Part shown: positions 36,301 through 51,300 of the stretch, piece after piece | Layout: every line of letters begins with the position of its first letter | Position numbering within the stretch: position 1 is the stretch's first letter | NCBI GenBank assembly: GCA_964016885.1 | Contig: OZ024740.1 | Location: 436,232,001 to 436,296,000, forward strand | Source of the DNA: Eledone cirrhosa | Taxonomy: Eukaryota | DNA length: 64,000 bases | Direction: 5' to 3' | Notes under the pieces: model-generated | What the model saw: only the letters and a program-made list of their open reading frames with translations | Databases searched by the model: none | What the model was told of the DNA's origin: nothing | Made by a program: the position numbers and the translations under genes

Positions 36301-39300
36301 TGTAGTATATACATCTGTAATGTAATGTCTGTCGTATATACATCTGTAAGGTAATGTCTGTAGTATATACATCTGTAAGGTAATGTCTGTAGTATATACA
36401 TCTGTAAGGTAATGTCTGTAGTATATACATCTGTAATGTAATGTCTGTCGTATATACATCTGTAAGGTAATGTCTGTAGTATATACATGTGTAAGGTAAT
36501 GTCTGTCGTATATACATCTGTAAGGTAATGTCTGTAGTATATACATCTGTCTGATAATGTCTGTAGTATATACATCTGTAAGGTAATGTCTATAGTATAT
36601 ACATCTGTATGGTAATGCCTGTAGTATATACATCTGTAAGTTAATGTCTGTAGTATATACATCTGTATGGTAATGTCTGTAATATATACATCTGTATGGT
36701 AATGTCTGTAGTATATACATCTGTAAGTTAACGTCTGTAATATATAAATCTGTAAGATAATGTCTGTAGTATATACATATGTATGGTAATGTCTGCAGTA
36801 TATACATCTGTAAGATAATGTCTGTAGTATTTACATCTGTAAGGTAATGTCTGTAGTATATGCATCTGTAAGGTAATGTCTGTAGTATATACATCTGTAA
36901 GGAAATGTCTGTAGTAGATACATCTGTAAGGTAATGTCTGTTATATATATACATCTGGATGATAATGTCTGTAGTATATACATCTGTAAGGTAATGTCTG
37001 TAATATATACATCTGTATGGTAATATCTGTAGTATATACATCTGGATGATAATGTCTGTAGTATATACATCTGTAAAGTAATGTCTGTAGTATATACATC
37101 TGTAAGGTAATGTCTGTAGTACATACATCTGTAAGGTAATCTCTGTAGTATATACATCTGTAAGGTAATGTCTATAGTATATACATCTGTAAGGTAATGT
37201 CTGTAGTATATACATCTGTAAGGTAATCTCTGTAGTATATACATCTGTAAGTAAATGTCTGTAGTATATACATCTGTAAGGAAATATCTGTAGTATATAC
37301 ATCTGTATGGTAATGTCTGTAGTATATACATCTGTAAGGTAATGTCTGTAGTATATACATCTGTTAGGTAATATCTGTAGTATATACATCTGTAAGGTAA
37401 TGTCTGTAGTATATACATGTGTAAGGTAATGTCTGTAGTATATACATGTGTAAGGTAATGTCTGTCGTATATACATCTGCAAGGTAATGTCTGTAGTATA
37501 TACATCTGTAAGATAATGTCTGTAGTATATACATCTGTAACATAATGTCTGTAATATATACATCTGTAAGGTAATATCTGTAGTATATACATCTGTATGG
37601 TAATGTCTGTAGTATATACATCTGTATGGTAATATCTGTAGTATATACATCTGTAAGGAAATGTCTGTAGTATATACATCTGTAAGGTAATGTCTGTAAT
37701 ATATACATCTGAATGGTAATATCTGTAGTATATACATCTGGATGATAATGTCTGTAGTATATACATCTGTAAAGTAATGTCTGTAATATATACATCTCTA
37801 TGGTAATATCTGTAGTATATACATCTGGATGATAATGTCTGTAGTATATACATCTGTAAGATAATGTCTGTAGTATATACATCTGTAAGGTAATCTCTGT
37901 ACTATATACATCTGTAAGGTAATGTCTGTAGTATATACATCTGTAAGGTAATATCTGTAGTATATACATCTGTAAGGTAATGTCTGTAGTATATACATGT
38001 GTAAGGTAATGTCTGTAGTATATGCATCTGTAAGGTTATGTCTGTAGTATATACATCTGTAAGGGAATGTCTGTAGTATATACATGTGTAAGGTAATGTC
38101 TGTAATATATACATCTGTATGGTAATGTCTGTAGTATATACATGTGTAAGTTAATGTCTGTAGTATATACACCTGTAAGGTAGTGTCTGTATTATATACA
38201 TCTGTAAGGTAATGTCTGTAGTATATACATCTGTAAGGTAATGTCTGTAGTATATACATCTGTAAGATAATGTCTGTAGTATATACATCTGTAACATAAT
38301 GTCTGTAATATATACATCTGTAAGGTAATATCTGTAATATATACATCTGTAAGGTAATATCTGTAGTATATACATCTGTAAGGTAATGTCTGTAGTATAT
38401 ACATATGTATGGTAATGTCTGTAGAATATACATATGTATGGTAATGTCTGTAGTATATACATCTGTAAGGAAATGTCTGTATTAGGTACATCTGTAAGGT
38501 AATGTCTGTTATATATACATCTGGATGATAATGTCTGTAGTATATACATCTGTAAGGTAATGTCTGTAATATATACATCTGTATGGTAATGTCTGTAGTA
38601 TATACATCTGTAAGTTAACGTCTGTAGTATATACATCTGTAAGGTAATGTCTGTAGTATATACATATGTATGGTAATGTCTGTAGTATATACATCTGTAA
38701 GGTAATATCTGTATTATATACATCTGTATGGTAATGTCTGTAGTATATACATCTGTAAGGTAATATCTGTAGTATATACATCTTTAAGGTAATGTCTGTA
38801 GTATATACATCTGTAAGATAATGTCGGTAATATATACATCTGTAATGTAATGTCTGTAATATATACATCTGTAATGTAATGTCTGTAATATATACATGTG
38901 TAAGATAATGTCTATAGTATATACATCTGTAAGATAATGTCGGTAATATATACATCTGTAACATAATGTCTGTAATATATACATTTGTAAGGTAATATCT
39001 GTAGTATATACATCTGTAAGGTAATATCTGTAGTATATACATATGTATGGTAATGTCTGTAGTATATACATCTGTATGGTAATTTCTGTAGTATATACAT
39101 CTGTAAGGAAATGTCTGTAGTAGATACATCTGTAAGGTAATGTCTGTTATATATACATCTGGATGATAATGTCTGTAGTATATACATCTGTAAGGTAATG
39201 TCTGTAATATATACATCTGTATGGTAATATCTGTAGTATATACATCTGGATGATAATGTCTGTAGTATATACATCTGTAAGGTAATGTCTGTAGTATATA

Positions 39301-42300
39301 TATCGGTAAGGTAATGTCTGTAGTATATACATCTGTAAGGTAATGTCTGTAGTATATATATCGGTAAGGTAATGTCTGTAGTATATACATCTGTATGGTA
39401 ATGTCTGTAGTATATACATCTGTAAGGTAATATCTGTAGTATATACATCTTTAAGGTAATGTCTGTAGTATTTACATCTGTAAGGTAATGTCTGTAGTAT
39501 ATGCATCTGTAAGGTAATGTCTGTAGTATATACATCTGTAAGGTAATGTCTGTAGTATATACATCTGTCTGATAATGTCTGTAGTATATACATCTGTAAG
39601 GTAATGTCTGTATTATATACATCTGTATGGTAATGTCTGTAGTATATACATCTGTAAGGTAATGTCTGTAGTATATACATCTGTAAGGAAATGTCTGTAG
39701 TAGATACATCTCTAAGGTAATGTCTGTTATATATACATCTGGATGATAATGTCTGTAGTATATACATCTGTAAGGTAATGTCTGTAATATATACATCTGT
39801 ATGGTAATATCTGTAGTATATATATCTGGATGATAATGTCTGTAGTATATACATCTGTAAAGTAATGTCTGTAGTATATACATCTGTAAGGTAATGTCTG
39901 TAGTATATACATCTGTAAGTTAATCTCTGTAGTATATACATCTGTAAGGTAATGTCTGTAGTATATACATCTGTATGGTAATGTCTGTAGTATATACATC
40001 TGTAAGGTAATCTCTGTAGTATATACATCTGTAAGGTAATGTCTGTAGTATATACATCTGTAAGGAAATATCTGTAGTATATACATCTGTATGGTAATGT
40101 CTGTAGTATATACATCTGTAAGGTAATGTCTGTAGTATATACATCTGTAATGTAATGTCTGTCGTATATACATCTGTAAGGTAATGTCTGTAGTATATAC
40201 ATGTGTAAGGTAATGTCTGTCGTATATACATCTGTAAGGTAATGTCTGTAGTATATACATCTGTCTGATAATGTCTGTAGTATATACATCTGTAAGGTAA
40301 TGTCTATAGTATATACATCTGTATGGTAATGCCTGTAGTATATACATCTGTAAGTTAATGTCTGTAGTATATACATCTGTATGGTAATGTCTGTAATATA
40401 TACATCTGTATGGTAATGTCTGTAGTATATACATCTGTAAGTTAACGTCTGTAATATATAAATCTGTAAGATAATGTCTGTAGTATATACATATGTATGG
40501 TAATGTCTGCAGTATATACATCTGTAAGATAATGTCTGTAGTATTTACATCTGTAAGGTAATGTCTGTAGTATATGCATCTGTAAGGTAATGTCTGTAGT
40601 ATATACATCTGTAAGGAAATGTCTGTAGTAGATACATCTGTAAGGTAATGTCTGTTATATATATACATCTGGATGATAATGTCTGTAGTATATACATCTG
40701 TAAGGTAATGTCTGTAATATATACATCTGTATGGTAATATCTGTAGTATATACATCTGGATGATAATGTCTGTAGTATATACATCTGTAAAGTAATGTCT
40801 GTAGTATATACATCTGTAAGGTAATGTCTGTAGTACATACATCTGTAAGGTAATCTCTGTAGTATATACATCTGTAAGGTAATGTCTATAGTATATACAT
40901 CTGTAAGGTAATGTCTGTAGTATATACATCTGTAAGGTAATCTCTGTAGTATATACATCTGTAAGTAAATGTCTGTAGTATATACATCTGTATGGTAATG
41001 TCTGTAGTATATACATCTGTAAGGTAATGTCTGTAGTATATACATCTGTTAGGTAATATCTGTAGTATATACATCTGTAAGGTAATGTCTGTAGTATATA
41101 CATGTGTAAGGTAATGTCTGTAGTATATACATGTGTAAGGTAATGTCTGTAGTATATACATCTGCAAGGTAATGTCTGTAGTATATACATCTGTAAGATA
41201 ATGTCTGTAGTATATACATCTGTAACATAATGTCTGTAATATATACATCTGTAGGGTAATATCTGTAGTATATACATCTGTATGGTAATGTCTGTAGTAT
41301 ATACATCTGTATGGTAATATCTGTAGTATATACATCTGTAAGGAAATGTCTGTAGTATATACATCTGTAAGGTAATGTCTGTAATATATACATCTGAATG
41401 GTAATATCTGTAGTATATACATCTGGATGATAATGTCTGTAGTATATACATCTGTAAGGTAATGTCTGTAGTATATACATCTGTAAGGTAATGTCTGTAG
41501 TATATACATCTGTAAGGTAATCTCTGTAGTATATACATCTGTAAGGTAATGTCTGTAGTATATACATCTGTAAGGTAATATCTGTAGTATATACATCTGT
41601 AAGGTAATGTCTGTAGTATATACATGTGTAAGGTAATGTCTGTATTATATGCATCTGTAAGGTAATGTCTGTAGTATATACATCTGTAAGGGAATGTCTG
41701 TAGTATATACATGTGTAAGGTAATGTCTGTAATATATACATCTGTATGGTAATGTCTGTAGTATATACATGTGTAAGTTAATGTCTGTAGTATATACACC
41801 TGTAAGGTAGTGTCTGTATTATATACATCTGTAAGGTAATGTCTTTAGTATATACATCTGTAAGGTAATGTCTGTAGTATATACATCTGTAAGATAATGT
41901 CTGTAGTATATACATCTGTAACATAATGTCTGTAATATATACATCTGTAAGGTAATATCTGTAGTATATACATATGTATGGTAATGTCTGTAGAATATAC
42001 ATCTGTATGGTAATTTCTGTAGTATATACATCTGTAAGGAAATGTCTGTATTAGGTACATCTGTAAGGTAATGTCTGTTATATATACATCTGGATGATAA
42101 TGTCTGTAGTATATACATCTGTAAGGTAATGTCTGTAATATATACATCTGTATGGTAATGTCTGTAGTATATACATCTGTAAGTTAACGTCTGTAGTATA
42201 TACATCTGTAAGGTAATGTCTGTAGTATATACATATGTATGGTAATGTCTGTAGTATATACATCTGTAAGGTAATATCTGTATTATATACATCTGTATGG

Positions 42301-45300
42301 TAATGTCTGTAGTATATACATCTGTAAGGTAATGTCTGTAGTATATATATCGGTAAGGTAATGTCTGTAGTATATACATCTATAAGGTAATGTCTGTAGT
42401 ATATATATCGGTAAGGTAATGTCTGTAGTATATACATCTGTATGGTAATGTCTGTAGTATATACATCTGTAAGGTAATATCTGTAGTATATACATCTTTA
42501 AGTTAATGTCTGTAGTATATACATCTGTAAGGTAATGTCTGTAGTATATACATCTGTAAGATAATGTCGGTAATATATACATCTGTAATGTAATGTCTGT
42601 AATATATACATGTGTAAGGTAATGTCTGTAGTATATACATCTGTAAGGTAATGTCTGTAGTATATACATCTGTAAGATAATGTCGGTAATATATACATCT
42701 GTAATGTAATGTCTGTAATATATACATCTGTAAGATAATGTCTATAGTATATACATCTGTAACATAATGTCTGTAATATATACATTTGTAAGGTAATATC
42801 TGTAGTATATACATATGTATGGTAATGTCTGTAGTATATACTTCTGTAAGGTAATGTCTGTTATATATACATCTGGATGATAATGTCTGTAGTATATACA
42901 TCTGTAAGGTAATGTCTGTAATATATACATCTGTATGGTAATATCTGTAGTATATACATCTGGATGATAATGTCTGTAGTATATACATCTGTAAGGTAAT
43001 GTCTGTAGTATATATATCGGTAAGGTAATGTCTGTAGTATATACATCTGTAAGGTAATGTCTGTAGTATATATATCGGTAAGGTAATGTCTGTAGTATAT
43101 ACATCTGTATGGTAATGTCTGTAGTATATACATCTGTAAGGTAATATCTGTAGTATATACATCTTTAAGGTAATGTCTGTAGTATTTACATCTGTAAGGT
43201 AATGTCTGTAGTATATGCATCTGTAAGGTAATGTCTGTAGTATATACATCTGTAAGGTAATGTCTGTAGTATATACATCTGTCTGATAATGTCTGTAGTA
43301 TATACATCTGTAAGGTAATGTCTGTATTATATACATCTGTATGGTAATGTCTGTAGTATATACATCTGTAAGGTAATGTCTGTAGTATATACATCTGTAA
43401 GGAAATGTCTGTAGTAGATACATCTCTAAGGTAATGTCTGTTATATATACATCTGGATGATAATGTCTGTAGTATATACATCTGTAAGGTAATGTCTGTA
43501 ATATATACATCTGTATGGTAATATCTGTAGTATATATATCTGGATGATAATGTCTGTAGTATATACATCTGTAAAGTAATGTCTGTAGTATATACATCTG
43601 TAAGGTAATGTCTGTAGTATATACATCTGTAAGTTAATCTCTGTAGTATATACATCTGTAAGGTAATGTCTGTAGTATATACATCTGTAAGGTAATGTCT
43701 GTAGTATATACATCTGTAAGGTAATCTCTGTAGTATATACATCTGTAAGGTAATGTCTGTAGTATATACATCTGTAAGGAAATATCTGTAGTATATACAT
43801 CTGTATGGTAATGTCTGTAGTATATACATCTGTAAGGTAATGTCTGTAGTATATACATCTGTAAGGTAATATCTGTAGTATATACATCTGTAAGGTAATG
43901 TCTGTAGTATATACATGTGTAAGGTAATGTCTGTAGTATATACATGTGTAAGGTAATGTCTGTAGTATATACATCTGCAAGGTAATGTCTGTAGTATATA
44001 CATCTGTAACATAATGTCTGTAATATATACATGTGTAATTTAATATCTGTAGTATATACATCTGTATGGTAATGTCTGTAGTATATACATCTGTATGGTA
44101 ATATCTGTAGTATATACATCTGTAAGGAAATGTCTGTAGTAGATACATCTGTAAGGTAATGTCTGTTATATATACATCTGGATGATAATGTCTGTAGTAT
44201 ATACATCTGTAAGGTAATGTCTGTAATATATACATCTGTATGGTAATATCTGTAGTATATACATCTGCATGATAATGTCTGTAGTATATACATCTGTAAG
44301 GTAATGTCTGTAATATATACATCTGTAAGGTAATGTCTGTAGTATATACATCTGTAAGGTAATCTCTGTAGTATATACATCTGTAAGATAATGTCTGTAG
44401 TATATACATCTGTAAGGAAATGTCTGTAGTATATACATCTGTATGGTAATATCTGTAGTATATACATCTGTAAGGTAATGTCTGTAGTATATACATCTGT
44501 AAGGTAATATCTGTAGTATATACATCTGTAAGGTCATGTCTGTAGTATATACATGTGTAAGGTAATGTCTGTGGTATATGCATCTGTAAGGTAATGTCTG
44601 TAGTATATACATCTGTAAGGTAATGTCTGTAGTATATACATGTGTAAGGTAATGTCTGTAATATATACATCTGTAAGGTAATGTCTGTAGTATATACATG
44701 TGTAAGATAATGTCTGTAGTATATACACCTGTAAGGTAGTGTCTGTATTATATACATCTGTAAGGTAATGTCTGTAGTATATACATCTGTAAGGTAATGT
44801 CTGTAGTATATACATCTGTAAGATAATGTATGTAGTATATACATCTGTAACATAATGTCTGTAATATATACATCTGTAAGGTAATGTCTGTAGTATATAC
44901 GTCTGTATGGTAATTTCTGTAGTATATACATCTGTAAGGAAATGTCTGTAGTAGGTACATCTGTAAGGTAATGTCTGTTATATATACATCTGGATGATAA
45001 TGTCTGTAGTATATACATCTGTAAGGTAATGTCTGTAATATATACATCTGTATGGTAATGTCTGTAGTATATACATCTGTAAGTTAACGTCTGTAGTATA
45101 TACATCTGTAAGGTAATGTCTGTAGTATATACATATGTATGGTAATGTCTGTAGTATATACATCTGTAAGGTGATGTCTGTATTATATACATCTGTATGG
45201 TAATGTCTGTAGTATATACATCTGTAAGGTAATGTCTGTAGTATATATATCGGTAAGGTAATGTCTGTAGTATATACATCTGTAAGGTAATGTCTGTAGT

Positions 45301-48300
45301 ATATATATCGGTAAGGTAATGTCTGTAGTATATACATCTGTATGGTAATGTCTGTAGTATATACATCTGTAAGATAATATCTGTAGTATATACATATTTA
45401 AGGTAATGTCTGTAGTATATACATCTGTAAGATAATGTCGGTAATATATACATCTGTAACGTAATGTCTGTAATATATACATCTGTAAGATAATGTCTGT
45501 AGTATATACATCTGTAACATAATGTCTGTAATATATACATCTGTAAGGTAATATCTGTAGTATATACATATGTATGGTAATGTCTGTAGTATATACATCT
45601 GTATGGTAATTTCTGTAGTATATACATCTGTAAGGAAATGTCTGTAGTAGATACATCTGTAAGGTAATGTCTGTTATATATACATCTGGATGATAATGTC
45701 TGTAGTATATACATCTGTAAGGTAATGTCTGTAATATATACATCTGTATGGTAATATCTGTAGTATATACATCTGGATGATAATGTCTGTAGTATATACA
45801 TCTGTAAGGTAATGTCTGTAGTATATATATCGGTAAGGTAATGTCTGTAGTATATACATCTGTAAGGTAATGTCTGTAGTATATATATCGGTAAGGTAAT
45901 GTCTGTAGTATATACATCTGTATGGTAATGTCTGTAGTATATACATCTGTAAGGTAATATCTGTAGTATATACATCTGTAAGGTAATGTCTGTAGTATAT
46001 ACATCTGTAAGTTAATCTCTGTAGTATATACATCTGTAAGGTAATGTCTGTAGTATATACATCTGTAAGGTAATGTCTGTAGTATGTACATCTGTAAGGT
46101 AATCTCTGTAGTATATACATCTGTAAGGTAATGTCTGTAGTATATACATCTGTAAGGAAATATCTGTAGTATATACATCTGTATGGTAATGTCTGTAGTA
46201 TATACATCTGTAAGGTAATGTCTGTAGTATATACATCTGTAAGGTAATATCTGTAGTATATACATCTGTAAGGTAATGTCTGTAGTATATACATGTGTAA
46301 GGTAATGTCTGTAGTATATACATGTGTAAGGTAATGTCTGTAGTATATACATCTGCAAGGTAATGTCTGTAGTATATACATCTGTAACATAATGTCTGTA
46401 ATATATACATCTGTAATTTAATATCTGTAGTATATACATCTGTATGGTAATGTCTGTAGTATATACATCTGTATGGTAATATCTGTAGTATATACATCTG
46501 TAAGGAAATGTCTGTAGTAGATACATCTGTAAGGTAATGTCTGTTATATATACATCTGGATGATAATGTCTGTAGTATATACATCTGTAAGGTAATGTCT
46601 GTAATATATACATCTGTATGGTAATATCTGTAGTATATACATCTGCATGATAATGTCTGTAGTATATACATCTGTAAGGTAATGTCTGTAATATATACAT
46701 CTGTAAGGTAATGTCTGTAGTATATACATCTGTAAGGTAATCTCTGTAGTATATACATCTGTAAGATAATGTCTGTAGTATATACATCTGTAAGGAAATG
46801 TCTGTAGTATATACATCTGTATGGTAATATCTGTAGTGTATACATCTGTAAGGTAATGTCTGTAGTATATACATCTGTAAGGTAATATCTGTAGTATATA
46901 CATCTGTAAGGTCATGTCTGTAGTATATACATGTGTAAGGTAATGTCTGTAGTATATGCATCTGTAAGGTAATGTCTGTAGTATATACATCTGTAAGGTA
47001 ATGTCTGTAGTATATACATGTGTAAGGTAATGTCTGTAATATATACATCTGTAAGGTAATGTCTGTAGTATATACATGTGTAAGATAATGTCTGTAGTAT
47101 ATACACCTGTAAGGTAGTGTCTGTATTATATACATCTGTAAGGTAATGTCTGTAGTATATACATCTGTAAGGTAATGTCTGTAGTATATACATCTGTAAG
47201 ATAATGTATGTAGTATATACATCTGTAACATAATGTCTGTAATATATACATCTGTAAGGTAATATCTGTAGTATATACATATGTATGGTAATGTCTGTAG
47301 TATATACGTCTGTATGGTAATTTCTGTAGTATATACATCTGTAAGGAAATGTCTGTAGTAGGTACATCTGTAAGGTAATGTCTGTTATATATACATCTGG
47401 ATGATAATGTCTGTAGTATATACATCTGTAAGGTAATGTCTGTAATATATACATCTGTATGGTAATGTCTGTAGTATATACATCTGTAAGTTAACGTCTG
47501 TAGTATATACATCTGTAAGGTAATGTCTGTAGTATATACATATGTATGGTAATGTCTGTAGTATATACATCTGTAAGGTGATGTCTGTATTATATACATC
47601 TGTATGGTAATGTCTGTAGTATATACATCTGTAAGGTAATGTCTGTAGTATATATATCGGTAAGGTAATGTCTGTAGTATATACATCTGTAAGGTAATGT
47701 CTGTAGTATATATATCGGTAAGGTAATGTCTGTAGTATATACATCTGTATGGTAATGTCTGTAGTATATACATCTGTAAGATAATATCTGTAGTATATAC
47801 ATATTTAAGGTAATGTCTGTAGTATATACATCTGTAAGATAATGTCGGTAATATATACATCTGTAACGTAATGTCTGTAATATATACATCTGTAAGATAA
47901 TGTCTGTAGTATATACATATTTAAGGTAATGTCTGTAGTATATACATCTGTAAGGTAATGTCTGTAGTATATACATCTGTAACATAATGTCTGTAATATA
48001 TACATCTGTAAGGTAATATCTGTAGTATATACATATGTATGGTAATGTCTGTAGTATATACATCTGTATGGTAATTTCTGTAGTATATACATCTGTAAGG
48101 AAATGTCTGTAGTAGATACATCTGTAAGGTAATGTCTGTTATATATACATCTGGATGATAATGTCTGTAGTATATACATCTGTAAGGTAATGTCTGTAAT
48201 ATATACATCTGTATGGTAATATCTGTAGTATATACATCTGGATGATAATGTCTGTAGTATATACATCTGTAAGGTAATGTCTGTAGTATATATATCGGTA

Positions 48301-51300
48301 AGGTAATGTCTGTAGTATATACATCTGTAAGGTAATGTCTGTAGTATATATATCGGTAAGGTAATGTCTGTAGTATATACATCTGTATGGTAATGTCTGT
48401 AGTATATACATCTGTAAGGTAATATCTGTAGTATATACATCTTTAAGGTAATGTCTGTAGTATATACATCTGTAAGATAATGTCGGTAATATATACATCT
48501 GTAATGTAATGTCTGTAATATATACATCTGTAAGATAATGTCTGTAGTATATACATCTGTAACATAATGTCTGTAATATATACATCTGTAAGGTAATATC
48601 TGTAGTATATACATATGTATGGTAATGTCTGTAGTATATACATCTGTATGGTAATTTCTGTAGTATATATATCTGTAAGGAAATGTCTGTAGTAGATACA
48701 TCTGTAAGGTAATGTCTGTTATATATACATCTGGATGATAATGTCTGTAGTATATACATCTGTAAGGTAATGTCTGTAATATATACATCTGTATGGTAAT
48801 ATCTGTAGTATATACATCTGGATGATAATGTCTGTAGTATATACATCTGTAAGGTAATGTCTGTAGTATATACATCTGTAAGGTAATGTCTGTAGTATAT
48901 ACATCTGTAAGGAAATGTCTGTAGTAGATACATCTCTAAGGTAATGTCTGTTATATATACATCTGGATGATAATGTCTGTAGTATATACATCTGTAAGGT
49001 AATGTCTGTAATATATACATCTGTAGTATATATATCTGGATGATAATGTCTGTAGTATATACATCTGTAAAGTAATGTCTGTAGTATATACATCTGTAAG
49101 GTAATGTCTGTAGTATATACATCTGTAAGTTAATCTCTGTAGTATATACATCTGTAAGGTAATGCCTGTAGTATATACATCTGTAAGGTAATGTCTGTAG
49201 TATATACATCTGTAAGGTAATCTCTGTAGTATATACATCTGTAAGGTAATGTCTGTAGTATATACATCTGTAAGGAAATATCTGTAGTATATACATCTGT
49301 ATGGTAATGTCTGTAGTATATACATCTGTAAGGTAATGTCTGTAGTATATACATCTGTAAGGTAATATCTGTAGTATATACATCTGTAAGGTAATGTCTG
49401 TAGTATATACATGTGTAAGGTAATGTCTGTAGTATATACATGTGTAAGGTAATGTCTGTAGTATATACATCTGCAAGGTAATGTCTGTAGTATATACATC
49501 TGTAACATAATGTCTGTAATATATACATCTGTAATTTAATATCTGTAGTATATACATCTGTATGGTAATGTCTGTAGTATATACATCTGTATGGTAATAT
49601 CTGTAGTATATACATCTGTAAGGAAATGTCTGTATTAGATACATCTGTAAGGTAATGTCTGTTATATATACATCTGGATGATAATGTCTGTAGTATATAC
49701 ATCTGTAAGGTAATGTCTGTAATATATACATCTGTATGGTAATATCTGTAGTATATACATCTGCATGATAATGTCTGTAGTATATACATATGTAAGGTAA
49801 TGTCTGTAATATATACATCTGTAAGGTAATGTCTGTAGTATATACATCTGTAAGGTAATCTCTGTAGTATATACATCTGTAAGGTAATGTCTGTAGTATA
49901 TACATCTGTAAGGAAATGTCTGTAGTATATACATCTGTATGGTAATATCTGTAGTATATACATCTGTAAGGTAATGTCTGTAGTATATACATCTGTAAGG
50001 TAATGTCTGTAGTATATACATGTGTAAGGTAATGTCTGTAATATATACATCTGTAAGGTAATGTCTGTAGTATATACATGTGTAAGATAATGTCTGTAGT
50101 ATATACACCTGTAAGGTATTGTCTGTATTATATACATCTGTAAGGTAATGTCTGTAGTATATACATCTGTAAGGTAATGTCTGTAGTATATACATCTGTA
50201 AGATAATGTATGTAGTATATACATCTGTAACATAATGTCTGTAATATATACATCTGTAAGGTAATATCTGTAGTATATACATATGTATGGTAATGTCTGT
50301 AGTATATACGTCTGTATGGTAATTTCTGTAGTATATACATCTGTAAGGAAATGTCTGTAGTAGGTACATCTGTAAGGTAATGTCTGTTATATATACATCT
50401 GGATGATAATGTCTGTAGTATATACATCTGTAAGGTAATGTCTGTAGTATATACATGTGTAAGGTAATGTCTGTAATATATACATCTGTAAGGTAATGTC
50501 TGTAGTATATACATGTGTAAGATAATGTCTGTAGTATATACACCTGTAAGGTAGTGTCTGTATTATATACATCTGTAAGGTAATGTCTGTAGTATATACA
50601 TCTGTAAGGTAATGTCTGTAGTATATACATCTGTAAGATAATGTATGTAGTATATACATCTGTAACATAATGTCTGTAATATATACATCTGTAAGGTAAT
50701 ATCTGTAGTATATACATATTTAAGGTAATGTCGGTAATATATACATCTGTAATGTAATGTCTGTAATATATACATCTGTAAGATAATGTCTGTAGTATAT
50801 ACATCTGTAACATAATGTCTGTAATATATACATCTGTAAGGTAATATCTGTAGTATATACATATGTATGGTAATGTCTGTAGTATATACATCTGTATGGT
50901 AATTTCTGTAGTATATATATCTGTAAGGAAATGTCTGTAGTAGATACATCTGTAGGGTAATGTCTGTTATATATACATCTGGATGATAATGTCTGTAGTA
51001 TATACATCTGTAAGGTAATGTCTGTAATATATACATCTGTATGGTAATATCTGTAGTATATACATCTGGATGATAATGTCTGTAGTATATACATCTGTAA
51101 GGTAATGTCAGTAGTATATACATCTGTAAGGTAATGTCTGTAGTATATACATCTGTAAGGTAATCTCTGTAGTATATACATCTGTAAGGTAATGTCTGTA
51201 GTATATACATCTGTAAGGAAATGTCTGTAGTATATATATCTGTATGGTAATGTCTGTAGTATATACATCTGTAAGGTAATGCCTGTAGTATATACATCTG

